64,000 nt of DNA from Sphaerodactylus townsendi (Eukaryota): the NCBI RefSeq assembly GCF_021028975.2, contig NC_059431.1, forward strand, positions 67,952,001 through 68,016,000, read 5' to 3'. The position numbers and the translations under genes were made by a program. Each line of letters starts with the position of its first letter. Position 1 is the stretch's first letter. The notes beneath the pieces were generated by a model, which was not told where the DNA came from, made no database searches, and saw only the letters and a program-made list of their open reading frames with translations. This document shows positions 13,101 through 24,973 of the stretch, piece by piece.

Positions 13101-14919
13101 GCAGGTTCAACTTGGATTCCATAAAAAGATTGCTAGTTTAGCAATTTTTGAAAAACCTGGGTTGAGGGAAATACAATGGACCAATCCTACTTTGGGGAAG
13201 GGACCTGTGCAACGTCCTTCCCAAACCGGGATATTTCCCTTCATCAACCCAATATATTTCTATTGTGCAGAATCCACCAATGTGTGACAGATCAGCTGGG
13301 ACAGGTTTCCTGTCCTCTCCTCCCTCCCTGCATCTGATGCATTGGGTGGATGGGAGGCATTTTAAATTATAATTGTAGTTTCTTTTTAGTTCAGAGGCAG
13401 CATGGTTATCAATATGGAAGTATGGTTCCAATGCTTACTGAAATGGAAACTTTTTCTGACATGACTTTCCAGAATGTTAACAACAGTCCCAATAACCCTA
13501 ACAAACATAATAATCATGCCATTCCCAACTTTCCAGTACAAAATTAAAAGTATAATTTTTGAAGTGTACATCTCTGCTTCAAAGTCCTTTGAAGTCAGTG
13601 GGGAAAGGATGTAATTGTGCTTAGGATGGTACTTCCAGACTATTAACCAAAGTGGCTTTCATATGGAGGTTTTCTCATTTGCATCCAATATATAGTAGTG
13701 GTTTTTGGAACATTCACATGACATTGCCCCTAATCTTTCCACGATTTCCACTGCTTTGCTCCTATCTTTCCCTAGACCAAGTTCTCTAGGAAGATTTCAG
13801 CTGAAGCACTTTTGCATACCATATGGAAAGGGGCAAATTTTTGAAGTGCCTGCCCACATCAATGCCATTATTCTTTGCCTCAGCTCTTCCATAACTGCCA
13901 TTTCCCCTCTCTACAGATGGGCTGGGGGGAGGGGTTTGAAATAAAGCGTAATTACAATTGCACTATAGTGTTATCTGTTTATCTATTAGTGAACCTGACC
14001 CCATTTGTGGAAATGTAAACCAACAGTTTGATACCATGTGAAGAAAATGAACATTTTCCCATTTTCAAGACATACATTAAAAGTCCAAAATGGCACATGG
14101 AAAACTGTTCATTATAACCACATCCATATTGGTCTGATACTTTGCTTTTGGGATTGTTTTTCTTTTTGAATACCATAGATAGAATTCTTAATAGATTTAA
14201 TCCCCTTAATATCATTTCCATTGCATGTATTATATGAATTTTCCTACTAGCCAGTCACTATACATCATCCAGAGAACTCCCAGAGGAGAAGGCAGCATGT
14301 ATCTCTAATGAGAGCATTTCCCCAGTTGTTTGACTCCTCTGGAATCTAGCAATGTCACCAGGTTTAACACAGATGATGAGCTATTCCATTACTATTCTCT
14401 GTGTCCTATGCCAGACAGCCCCAGAGATACCCTATGCTAAATTCATACAAGGCAAGTGTTGTGCCGATGAAAGAAAAGAGACAGCTCTGATATTACTTGA
14501 AGCATCTAGAAACGTTTGAGAAGACTGACTAGAAGTTTGCTTGTAATATTTCTGAGTCCATAGATAAAAACCAGCAGTATAAGTAATGGCTTAAAACTTC
14601 TTCAGCATGAGCAGTAACTAAAGCAACAGTCTTTCAGCCTTGTTCTAGAACTGACCGAAGTCATATCATGTTAGGGCAATTCCTCAAACTATCTATTCCC
14701 CAACATAGTTAAATATAAGTGGATAATCTTTATAAATTATACATTCTATCATTACATTGATGATGCCACTGTATAATCCTTGTCTCCAGGCTCCGAAGTG
14801 AATGGGCCCAAAGACTGGAAGGGCGAAGAAGGATGCTACAAACAAGTGAAAAACCAAAAGGACAGAATACCCTTTTGTCAAGTGACACATTTCAGCAAAT
14901 GCCAAAAACAGTGTCCTAA
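9968..14919 (+). CDS. FAM240C: FAM240-family small protein, best match FAM240C: join(9968-10113,14790-14919), 91 aa
   Basis: Spliced translation MNKSTGLKRHEVVIYDANGLKNFWEEIIEVHTKQKEGEDSRLTKSALNK/LRSEWAQRLEGRRRMLQTSEKPKGQNTLLSSDTFQQMPKTVS* carries the FAM240 signature (LK.FWE..I......E..R..SAL.KLR.EW..RLE.R..ML). The phase-2 intron AA|GTGAAT...TCTCCAG|G splits the Lys codon. Paralog assignment (C vs A/B) rests on recalled sequences and is less certain than the family call. Confidence 0.85.
11451..11562. repeat. (CATT)n microsatellite abutting a short antisense L2-type tail
   Basis: About 20 CATT units followed by ATTAAACTTATATACCGCCCTCCCCCGAAGGGC, a motif also seen at ~52790-52840. Confidence 0.9.
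12317..13278. mobile_element. PIF/Harbinger-like non-autonomous element
   Basis: Imperfect TIRs GGTCAATTCCACACA / TGTGCAGAATCCACC; 3-bp flanking duplication AAT (12314-12316, 13279-13281). Confidence 0.55.
14790..14919 (+). CDS. FAM240C: FAM240C-like terminal coding exon B
   Basis: CCTTGTCTCCAG| acceptor; LRSEWAQRLEGRRRML; TAA at 14917-14919. Not present in the ORF track. Confidence 0.85.
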
Positions 14920-17900
14920 ACTATTACTGAGATGTAAGTAAATGGCTCGAACCCATCTACTCCCCTTGTGTAGGTAGAATGATAGAACAAAGGAGGCATT
15001 TCAGCTGATTTCCCACCCCACCTCCTGCTTCTTGCTGCAGCATGCAGTGCCTCACATTTCCCAGTGGTCTTCTGACTCTCCAAATCTGTATTACAGAGGA
15101 TGCCAAAAGTTAGGGGTAGCAGATATTGCTTTTCACAATTGGAACTCTACTCATTGCCCTAAGGGTCCAACTTAACTTATTTGGCTAGCAATTAGAGGAA
15201 TTGTTTTGGCCATGGATACTCCATTATAAATTAGAACGCCAATAACATTTCAAATGGGCAGCCCCATCCAAAGCTCTCTGCAGTGGGATGTAGCGTCACT
15301 GCAGCAGTGCCCTGCCTCTTCCAAGAGGGCTTTCTGGTGGCACAGGGAGCAAAAAATGCAACAAAAAAACCCTGTCTTAAACTCCAGGGGAGAGCTGACT
15401 AATATTGGCTCAACCCTCAAGAATATCCCACCCCCTCCCACTGCTGGCATCTGATCAGACTTCTAGGTTTTACAGAGGCAGGGATAAGGGGTTGGTGGCT
15501 GCCAGCATGGCAGCCCCCTCTGCCAGGGTAAGTGCCTCAGAGAGGGAAAACATGCGACCCCAAGGCTGTGCTGCTCCCTCAAGCCCTTTTGGTCCACTCC
15601 ACTAGATGGGAATGAAATTTGTATAATGAGAAAGTGATGAAATTTCAGTTTATGCTTTCCCCATCAGTATAATTTAGATAACAGCAAAATGATATAAATT
15701 GGCTTGGATACTATCACTCAGCTTAGCAAAGACTGAAGTCTTCCTCCAGCATAAGCTGATCTTCCTCAAGTAAAATAGCTCCCTAGGTAGGAGAGAAGTC
15801 CAGTCTTTGCTAAACCAAATGAAATTATACAGGCCATTAAGTTTTCAAATATTCTGTCAAACATAATGGTACTAGTTGGAGTAAACAACTCCTTTTCTAA
15901 ACAAGGAGTCGTTCTTTGTTGAAGTAAGCCTACCTCAAATCAGGACCTCTTATGCACAAGGTGTCTGCTGTGTGGTGGGAGTAAATGTCCATCACAGTAA
16001 GATTTCTTGTATTTCCTCAAGCCCTGTGATCACTTTACATTCTCTCTGTGGCAAGCAACACCCCATCTAGCATGATTTTAATTTGTTTGGCCACTAGAGG
16101 GGGCCGATTTGCCAGTGAGCACAGCTTTGCCCCAGACATTTTCCCTTCACCCACAGCTAGCCTCCTTTGTACTGCCATCCACACCATCCCCCTCACCCTC
16201 CCTTCCATATTGCCAGCTCCTTCAAGTCACAGAAAAGAAGGTCAACCACACAGGCTTAGCCAAAACACACTGATCGCTAAATATTCATATTTATATATCA
16301 AGATATTGATATAATAAAAACAGAGAGTGCTTGGAAATAATAAGCCTCCTTGTTCATAGCAGCAGCAGGAGCAGGAAGTTGGGGGCAGGGAAGTTAGGGG
16401 CAGGGAAGAATCTCAGCCTTAAAACACAGTCACCTTATTCAGCAGCATGTGGTCCAGAGAATTGGTTTGCCTCTTTCTTTTGGGGGAAAAATTATTTTTG
16501 GAATGCCAGCAATCTTAACTACCACATATAATGAGATCTGTACCTTGAAGAATTAGCTGATGGGTGGAGTTAAGGGAAGCAGACCTGGGAGAGTTCTCTG
16601 CAGAAAACTGTGCACCCAGAGTGAGTGCCTCCTCATGTGTAAACAGAGAAACACTATAAGCCCACAGTGCAGTGAAAAACTCTGGGGAAAGCATTCAATG
16701 CATAATGGGCCAAGATCTCCCACCACTAGAACAAGGATTCTCAGCAGAAGGGATTGGATCCAAAGTGTACTACATTGTTATGATCTTGCACTAAAAAATT
16801 ACCTTGACAGTTTCTTGTATTTTTTCCAGGTTGCAACTGTTATTTATGATGTACAAAATAATTACATGCTCCATCAATGTATGTGGTCCTTAAACATGGC
16901 CAAGGAGAATGCAGAACTGGCATATGCCCTTGTAGTCCTTGAAGGTTTTGCAAATGAGTTAAAACTGAAGTGCTTCCAAATCTGAGAAAATCAATAACCC
17001 TCTTATAGGTCTCTACTGGAAGTAATATTTTCCTCAAAATTGTATTTTTTGGAGTTTAACCTTCTTCCTGCTCCCAAATGAATTTAGTGAAAAGTATTGT
17101 CAGAGAACAAATATTTTTGAAATTTGAATTGGAGAGGGGCAGAGAGGAGGATTTTTCCCAGATCCTGAGGTTTACCATTTTGGGGTCTACTATCTGCAAG
17201 TCCATTTTAAATGTATCAATTGTTGTCTTCTTGCCTGGTCAGAAAAGTGGTTCTAGATATACTATCTAAATGAAAAATTTAAAAATCATTTTCAAAATAA
17301 TATAAACTACAACTAAAACTGTAAAAAAAATCAACCACAACCTATACTGTGCATTCCTGTGCAATATAGGAATGAGAAACCCCTTTCAAAAATTCTAGCA
17401 CTATTTGATTACACACATTAAATAATCTTACATTTTCTTACATTATATGTACATTTCATTGCATGCTGAAACTTGCAAGTGATATGTGGAAGGCAAGGGG
17501 AACATTGCTTTCAAAGTAGAGGAACAGGTTCAGAATGGCTAGTTTTGTCCCTAATTTATATGTTTTCAGATGAATGTATTTTTAAAGCTCTTTCAGGGTT
17601 TTTTCCCCTCTCAGTAGAGAAAACACTTCCAACAGTCATGCATATGTTGGAGGGGAAGTTTGCCACCATGATCTTATTCTATTTGCGAGTTTATTCTCCC
17701 TGCTTAGAATTGTACTATTTATTTATATAGAAAATGTATATATCACCTTTCCTGAGATTTTCTCTACATGTACATCTGAAAATAGTTGCAGATTAAGATA
17801 CTCATTTTGTTTTAAAATGCTGCAACTAATGCCTTATTTAGGTGCTATTTTATAATCAAGATTGACATTTGCGCTACATTACACCAGTAGGCTTTTTCTC

Positions 17901-20346
17901 GAAATAAGATGCTGCATGGTCTCCCATTCATAATGTGAAGAACAGGTTTACAATTCTAAATGATGGAATGATGTCCACCAGTAAAGATTCTCTGAAGAAA
18001 AACAGAAGGCCGGATTGTCTGGGGGCCTGGCTACACATTAAAATGTCCTTGTGTGCTCCATAGGTCTGCCCTGGTTCTGAGTCCAAATGTGCTTAGACTG
18101 AAAATGTCATGCTTGGAATTTAAAACGCAGGCATACAGGGTCCAATTCAGATCAGAACTATAGCTCATGGAGATGGTGCTCAAGTCTTTTCTCACACGAT
18201 TTTACCAATTTTACTATTTTACTATTTCAAAATCATCCTCAGGGAAGGGAACTGCTACTTGCCTCAGTGGGCAATGAGTTACACCTTAGCTTCCACAATG
18301 ATACAAATATTGACTCCTCAAATCTGTTTGTGTTTGGAAAAATAGTGGATTGGGGAAGACTCTGTCTTCCTGAATGCCAATCTGAATCTGACCCCTGTAT
18401 AAACTAGGAATTGGGGGAACAAGGACATTGTAGTGTATAATTAGTCCAAGAAACAAAGAGACAAAAAGACTAAAGGCAGTGTCTTGACAGACCAAACTCC
18501 ACACTGCAGCATTGTCAGGGCCATAGGAAATGCAGTGGAGCAGCTCCCAATGATGGAAGTTGGAATCTAAGTCAAAAGTGGTGCCAATGAAGTTACACAG
18601 GCACTTTAGCAGCTTGTAAGGACTGGAAGCCAAGCCAAGCAAGTAAATTAATGAATGAGGTAATGGAGAAGGGCTAGCAGGCAGGCAAGATAAGGGAATG
18701 AGGGACCCAGGAAATTAAGAGAAAAAAGACTAAGAGGCAGAGTAATAGATGGTCAGGCCCCAAAGAGGAACAAAGTACGGTAGGCAAGAGATTGGGCACA
18801 CACAAACATATACACAGATGCCTATGGTCAGGAGATGCAAAGAGGAGGAACATTTAGCAGTCTGAAAGACCCAACTATAAGTCTTTCTGTAGGCTTCTAG
18901 CAACTGTAGAAAGAAACAAGCAACTGTAGAAAGAAACTTGAGTGGACAAAATCTGCATGTAATATGCACCTCCCTTACAAATCTTTGCAACTGTGAATAA
19001 AATGACTAATGTAAAATAATATGGGGGGGGGGTTTGAAAAGAAATTAAAAAGACTTAATACCCAATCAACTTCTCACAAGGGGCAGCATACTCACATCTC
19101 ATATAGGCAATTTTAGCAACAAGCTTGTGTTTTATGTACTGATATCTAAATCAATGGTGTAGCTAGCATTACTGGGAGGGGGAAATGACAAAATGGCATT
19201 GGACAAGGTATCGTTTCTTTAAAAAGCAGAGGGAATAGAATGTTTGGAATGGATTAGATAAGAAATTAAAGTCCAGAATGTCTTTGTAAGTGAGCAGGGA
19301 AATTGAAACCTGGCAGAGAGACAGCAATGCAATTTGTTACCAGAGTCATGGAAAGAGATACAGAATGCCACTTCTTGGCCTGAGGTAATTCATTCAAACC
19401 TCATTATGAGACACAAGGTTTTGAAAGGGCTGGCTATTTTTCTTGGAAATCTTTGATGTGTACACAACTTACATGTGTTTATGTGAAAGTGTAATGCACC
19501 CTTCTTAAATAAAGTATTATAAACAGCGGTTCAGCTTTGATTTCATTTTCCATTAGATCTCTCCTTACTGATGGTTATGGATAGCATGACTCCACTCTAG
19601 ACATGGAGCATTTCGCCAATAGTGCCAGTGGATTCTCAGCCTCCATAAATGAACATCCTTTGATAAGAAAGGCATTCTATATTTTACTAAGTCCAGTCTG
19701 CTCTCAGGTGTTCAGGTTTAGCACTGTGAGGAAACACAGCTTTAGAAAACTGAAGCACAGAGATGGGAGGTCACTTTGAAAAGCAGCACTCTGAAGCAGC
19801 TGGCTTCATTGTTAAGGAGTGCTGAGGGCTCATTCTTATGATAAATGTAAAGTTATTCTACTGTTGTGGTTTTTCCAGGGAGAGGAGAGAGATCTCTGCT
19901 GGAGACTTCTACACCTTCATACAGATTGTAGGATGCCTTGAGGGAAAACATGACAGCTGTTAAATCATTTTAAAAGCTGTTAAGATTTGTAGTGTAAATG
20001 TGCCAAGAATCACAGAGCTAGAAGGAAACTAAAGGTCATCTGACTAATTACTCAGGAGAGCAAGAAACATAAGCTAGAGAGAGAATTACATCCTCTGGCC
20101 ATTGTTTCCTACTAAGCAGAAGAAAGAATCCCTCTAACATACCTTTTTTTGAAGGCAAGGCATCATACCACTAATATCAGCAAGGAAATTTATGCTGAAT
20201 TGAGATCTTAAGTAGAATCTTATGGTACCTTTCCATTAAATATGGAATTGTCCACTGGAGGAACACTACTTCCATGGAAGAAAAAATTGAAGGAAGAAGT
20301 CATTCTTCCAACAGAAACTAGTTTCAGAGAGTTGGAGTGCTGGTCT

Positions 20347-20481
20347 ACAGCAGAGCAGCTATATACGAGTCCAGTAGCACCTCAAATATATCTGATGAAG
20401 GGAGCTTTGACTCTCAAAAGCTCATACGCTGACAATCTTGTTGGTCTCTAAGATGCTACTGGATTCATATCTAGCTGTTCT
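20347..20481 (+). mobile_element. Short Penelope-like-derived element with a degenerate hammerhead motif
   Basis: Inverted ends GAGTCCAGTAGCACCT / AGATGCTACTGGATTC surround CTGATGAAGGGAGCTTTGACTCTCAAAAGCTC. Confidence 0.6.
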
Positions 20482-21892
20482 TCTAATGGAATAAATATTT
20501 TTCCAACGGAAGGAGTCTTCCTCCAATATAATATTCTTTTACTTTGTAAAATGGGACACGGACCATTGCACCCAATCTCTTGTTTTTGTTGCAATAAATT
20601 ACATGTTTAGTTGGCAAACACTGATTGCATTACTTACTTCACCATCACTATACATTTATGCACAAACACAGCCAGGTATGTATCTGCCCCGAATGCATCA
20701 GGGTAGTTAACTCACACAAAGACATTTTAAAGTAGATGAGTAACATCCCTGCCAATATTTAGATGCCATAATGATAAACTTCTCACTTTCATGTAGTGCA
20801 AAATACTGCTTCTTTTGACAAATCTCAGAAAAGTTAATCAAGGTGTTTCATATCTAACTGTATAGGTAAGTAATAATCAGGCATGTTCAACCATCTATAG
20901 GCTGTGTGAGGCATGACAATTCTACTTTCATGTCCCAAAGCAGTCCACTGACCCCCCACACCCCCACACCAAAGTTGTGCCTGGAGATTGACAGTAACAG
21001 TATCTGGACAAAGTGGGGATTACAGTGGAAGGAAGAACTAGTGGAAATAATTGCCTCCCTTTCCCCCCCCCCAAAAAAAAACCCCCTTAAATGATGTTAA
21101 ATCTTTGGAAATGTGTGGCTAGAAAGATACGTGACCATTTAATATAAATCAAAATTATTTCTTATTTATATTTTAATAAACTATATCAAGTTTGCATTGC
21201 TTAGGACCAGCTTAGGAAACTTCATGCATCATGAATGAATGCAAGCCCCTGATTGCAGATGAACTCAAAACCCCTAGAGGGTAATTGCTAGTCAGATGGT
21301 TTCCCAAGCACTGACTTTACAATTTAGATCTCTGAGCTGGCTGACAGATATGAAAAATTACTTATGCTGTAAACAGAAAACCTACTGTTAGGAACACTGA
21401 AGAGTCTCTTGAGCATTATTTATTCTTGCAAGTACACAGCATACATTTCATTATTAATCAGGTTCTTGATAATGTTCATTAGAGACAGGTGCATGCCTAT
21501 AACTAATGTGAAGACCTAAACGGTACTCATTGCTAATCAGAATGCAGCTCCAGAGATTTCTGAGTGCAAGGAGATTAGACAGGAAACTCCAACTTCCAAC
21601 ATATAAACAGAATGTACATATGACAGTACCATTTCATAATTTATATCAAAGCCTTAAGATGTTTTTAAAACAGAGGAGTGGCCTAGTGGTTGCCATTGTT
21701 CCATTTTTAGAATTCAGGATTTTTTAAAATTTCTTGATAAATATTATGGAGCCCTGTGGCTCTTTGAGGTTCCAGATTACCTATATATAAAGCATAAACA
21801 ATCAGGACAGCTTAGAAGCATTTTCAGATGTCTCCATTCGTTAATTTTCAAACAATTCTAAACATTTTTGTATCCTCTGAATAGTATGTATT

Positions 21893-22019
21893 CTTTGGCA
21901 CTCCCGATGTTATGGATCACAATTGTCTCTTGCCAGCATGGCCAATTGACCATGCTGGCAGGGGCTGATGGGAATTGTAGTCCATAACATCTGGAGTGCC
22001 AAAGGTTCGCCACCACGGC
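21893..22019. mobile_element. Palindromic hAT-like MITE (partial), same family as 37289-37395
   Basis: CTTTGGCACTCC.GATGTTATGGA ... GGGAATTGTAGTCCATAACATCTGGAGTGCCAAAGGTTCGCCACCAC. Confidence 0.8.
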
Positions 22020-22089
22020 TCTAGGTTGATAGTAAACACATACAGTGTGACAGTTTGGTATGGTTCTTCCATTCACTCCATTGTGAATC

Positions 22090-22425
22090 AAGCCATCAAG
22101 CCACTTATGATTTATGGTGACCCCATGAATTAAGATCCTATTGATAACAGCCTGGTTCAGCTCTTGCGGAATGAGGGTTGTGGCTTCCTTTATAAAGTCA
22201 ATTCACCTTATGTTGGATCTTCTTCTTTTCCTGTAGCCTTCAGCTTTTCCCAGCATTATTGTCTTTTCTAGTGACTCTTCTTTTCTTATAATGTGATCAA
22301 GTACAATACCCTCAGTTTAGTTGTTTTAGCTTCTGGTGAGAGTTCAGGCTTGATTTGATCTAGAACCCACTGATAAGTCTTTTTGGCAGTCCACAGTATC
22401 CATAAAATTATCATCCAACACCAAC
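22090..22425 (-). mobile_element. RTE/BovB-related LINE 3' fragment
   Basis: Minus-strand peptide ILWILWTAKKTYQWVLDQIKPELSPEAKTTKLRVLY, typical of the RTE ORF C-terminus; homologous to 32727-34360. Confidence 0.8.
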
Positions 22426-23217
22426 TATGCCTGTGGTATTTTAAAGCATTGTTGCATTTATCCTTTTTTTCTAGATAAACCACACAATTCTGCCTCACAT
22501 AACATTTGAAATACATTCAGCTCAACTTCCCCTTAGCCAGAGAGGCTTTTAGCTAATTGATGAAACATTTCCTAGTCCCTTCTCTGACCAGCCCCATATT
22601 ATCCACTACTGTGACATGCAGGAGTAGAAAGAAAAGATTTGATAAGTCTTTGTCATGTCTCAGCCCCAGTAGACAAGCCATTTACATGTACCATTGCTGA
22701 GACTGCTGCATCCATCTGATCCTGTATGCTGCTTTGTCATCACAGAGGAACCTAGACAGGCCATTAAGCATCCATCTGTAATAATATAAACCATAGTTAA
22801 AATATTTTATTGGCATATTAAAAAAAACAACTATAAATGGGCAAGACAGGTCCATTGTCAAACACAGAGTTCCAATACAAATCACTAGTTCATACCAAAA
22901 TATTCAAACATATATAAATACAATTGGTCACTAATTGCCCCTGATTATTTCAATTAAAAGATTAGTCACTGCCTCACACTGACTTGCAATGTTGCTATTG
23001 AACAGATAGATGATTGTCTGTGAATCCTTCTGTTTCATCTGTTCTTGGTGCTCTGATAACAGAAAAGATAAGTATTTTGTCCTTGCTTCATTGAATCTAG
23101 GACAATTCCACCAGATTCAGATTACAAGAGCAACATCTCCCAATCATAGGGACTCCTCTAAATCTTCCATAAAGCATGACTGAAGGTAGACCATTCAGTC
23201 TGGCAATGGAATATGCC

Positions 23218-23609
23218 CAGTGGTGGGATCCAAAAATTTCAGTAACAGGTTCCCATGATGGTGAGATTCAAACTGTGGCGTAGTACCAATGGGGTTGGGC
23301 GGGGCATGATGGGGGCGTGGCCGGGCATTCTGGGGGTGGGGCATTCCTGGGTGGGGCTGTGGCAAGGATGCAGCCACTGCGCCAGTCCTTGGACAGGAAA
23401 CGAATGCACGCAGGCGCAGGCTGCCACGCACACCAGTGCACCTCCTGCTAGACTGCTTCAAGTTCTGCGCACTACTGCTGAGAGGAGGGGCATAACTAAG
23501 GCAAAAATCACATGGCAAAATCACCAATTAGTAACCCCCTCTCGGCACACACAAATAATTAGTAATCTACTCCCGGGAACCTGTGAGAACCTGTTGGATC
23601 CCACCTCTG
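23218..23609. mobile_element. hAT-like MITE, 392 bp, inserted in the LINE
   Basis: TIRs CAGTGGTGGGATCC / GGATCCCACCTCTG; perfect 8-bp TSD AATATGCC (23210-23217, 23610-23617). Confidence 0.92.
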
Positions 23610-24100
23610 AATATGCCCTTCTGTGTTTAGGGTCTATTAAAATATTAAAATATGGGAATATACAACCCTGCTGGAATGGTATCAAAAAACACAAGGGAGA
23701 GCAAGTTCTATTTGAAACAGTGAATAACATTTGAAATTCTAGTGCAAATAGTCTCTTTTTCATACAATCATATACTTCCTGATATGGTGACACATTAAAT
23801 GAGTCCAAAGTAAACCCAAAATCCCCTAGTTTGTCTAATATAAAGGTGATCCATCTTTTAACAGCAAATGAACCAGTGAAAGAGAATCTTGTTGATAATG
23901 AATTCGAAGCCAATATCTAATTGTTCGAAGCCAAGCAATTGTGTCAAGTGGCCATTGACCTGTTTTCAGACAAAGGACTGCATATGGGACACAGTTTGCT
24001 ACCCCTATGATTTTATGTAAATTTTTTGAATGGATCACCAACAGTGATTTTCTTGATCCATATAGGAGCAGCATAGAGCAGCTCTGCTTCAATCTTAGCA

Positions 24101-24973
24101 TGTAGATATAAGTATACTCTGAACACTGACTTGTGGGGAAATCACCTTAAATTATTCTATAGAAGCTATATAACTCCAACAGTATTGGCAAAAATGGATT
24201 AAAATAATTCCTCGATTTGTTGGAAGGGAGGGAACATTTTTCCATTTATGGTGGATTGGTATACAAATAGTGGAGTATGAGTCATGCTGAAGCTATAACA
24301 ATTATAGGAATAGATTTACCATTACAATCCATTGTATATCTTCTGGAATCAGTGTTTTCCTCAAAAATTTGAGTTACATCGACACACACATTTATTATAC
24401 CATTTGATAGTAGCATCCAAAATTGCATTTGCGAGGCTGTGGAAGATGGAAAAAGTTCCAACAAAAGATTACTGGATAGAAAAGGTACAATAATTTTATA
24501 ATTTAGACAAAATAGCACATCAGAAAAAGAATTTACCCATAGATACAATAAAAATTGGAAACAGTGGAGTAGGTACATGGAGAGGAAATAAAGGAATTTA
24601 AATTCAAGTTATGGCTTTCTAGCAATTATAATATAAGAAGGAGATTGATAGTAATATTCAATGATACGATAATGTTAATAATGTTTATAAATATGAGATA
24701 ATTTGTTGAAAATGATACTATAAAGAACTTTATTTACTCTTTTAGCATACTGAGGTAACGTAATGAGAAAGATATGAAGTGGTAGGATGATAAGATGAGA
24801 AATACTCTTAATTGAATATTTGGTCCAGTTTTCTAAGTTGTCTTTAGTTAAATATTAGAATTAATGAAATATATTCAAGAAATATTAATTTATATCTTGT
24901 ATATTTGTCTTACTGTGTTTACATATGAATGATTACAGTGTTATATTAAAAAATCAATAAAAACATTTTTAAA
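24101..24973 (+). mobile_element. L1 LINE 3' fragment inserted in the RTE-X-like LINE
   Basis: ENHLKLFYRSYITPTVLAKM..ICWK..FFHLWW and IVASKIAFARLWK..PTKDYW (L1 ORF2 C-terminus); AT-rich 3' UTR ending AATAAA..AAAAA; TSD AATCTT(A/G)GCA at 24091-24100 and 24974-24983. Confidence 0.82.

Noticed and set aside
23835-24101. LLYGSRK resembling a CDK kinase motif (CDK20 was considered as a possible neighbour)
   Set aside because: The other frame reads AELLYAAPIW, part of the LINE ORF2. No other kinase motifs or exons were found.
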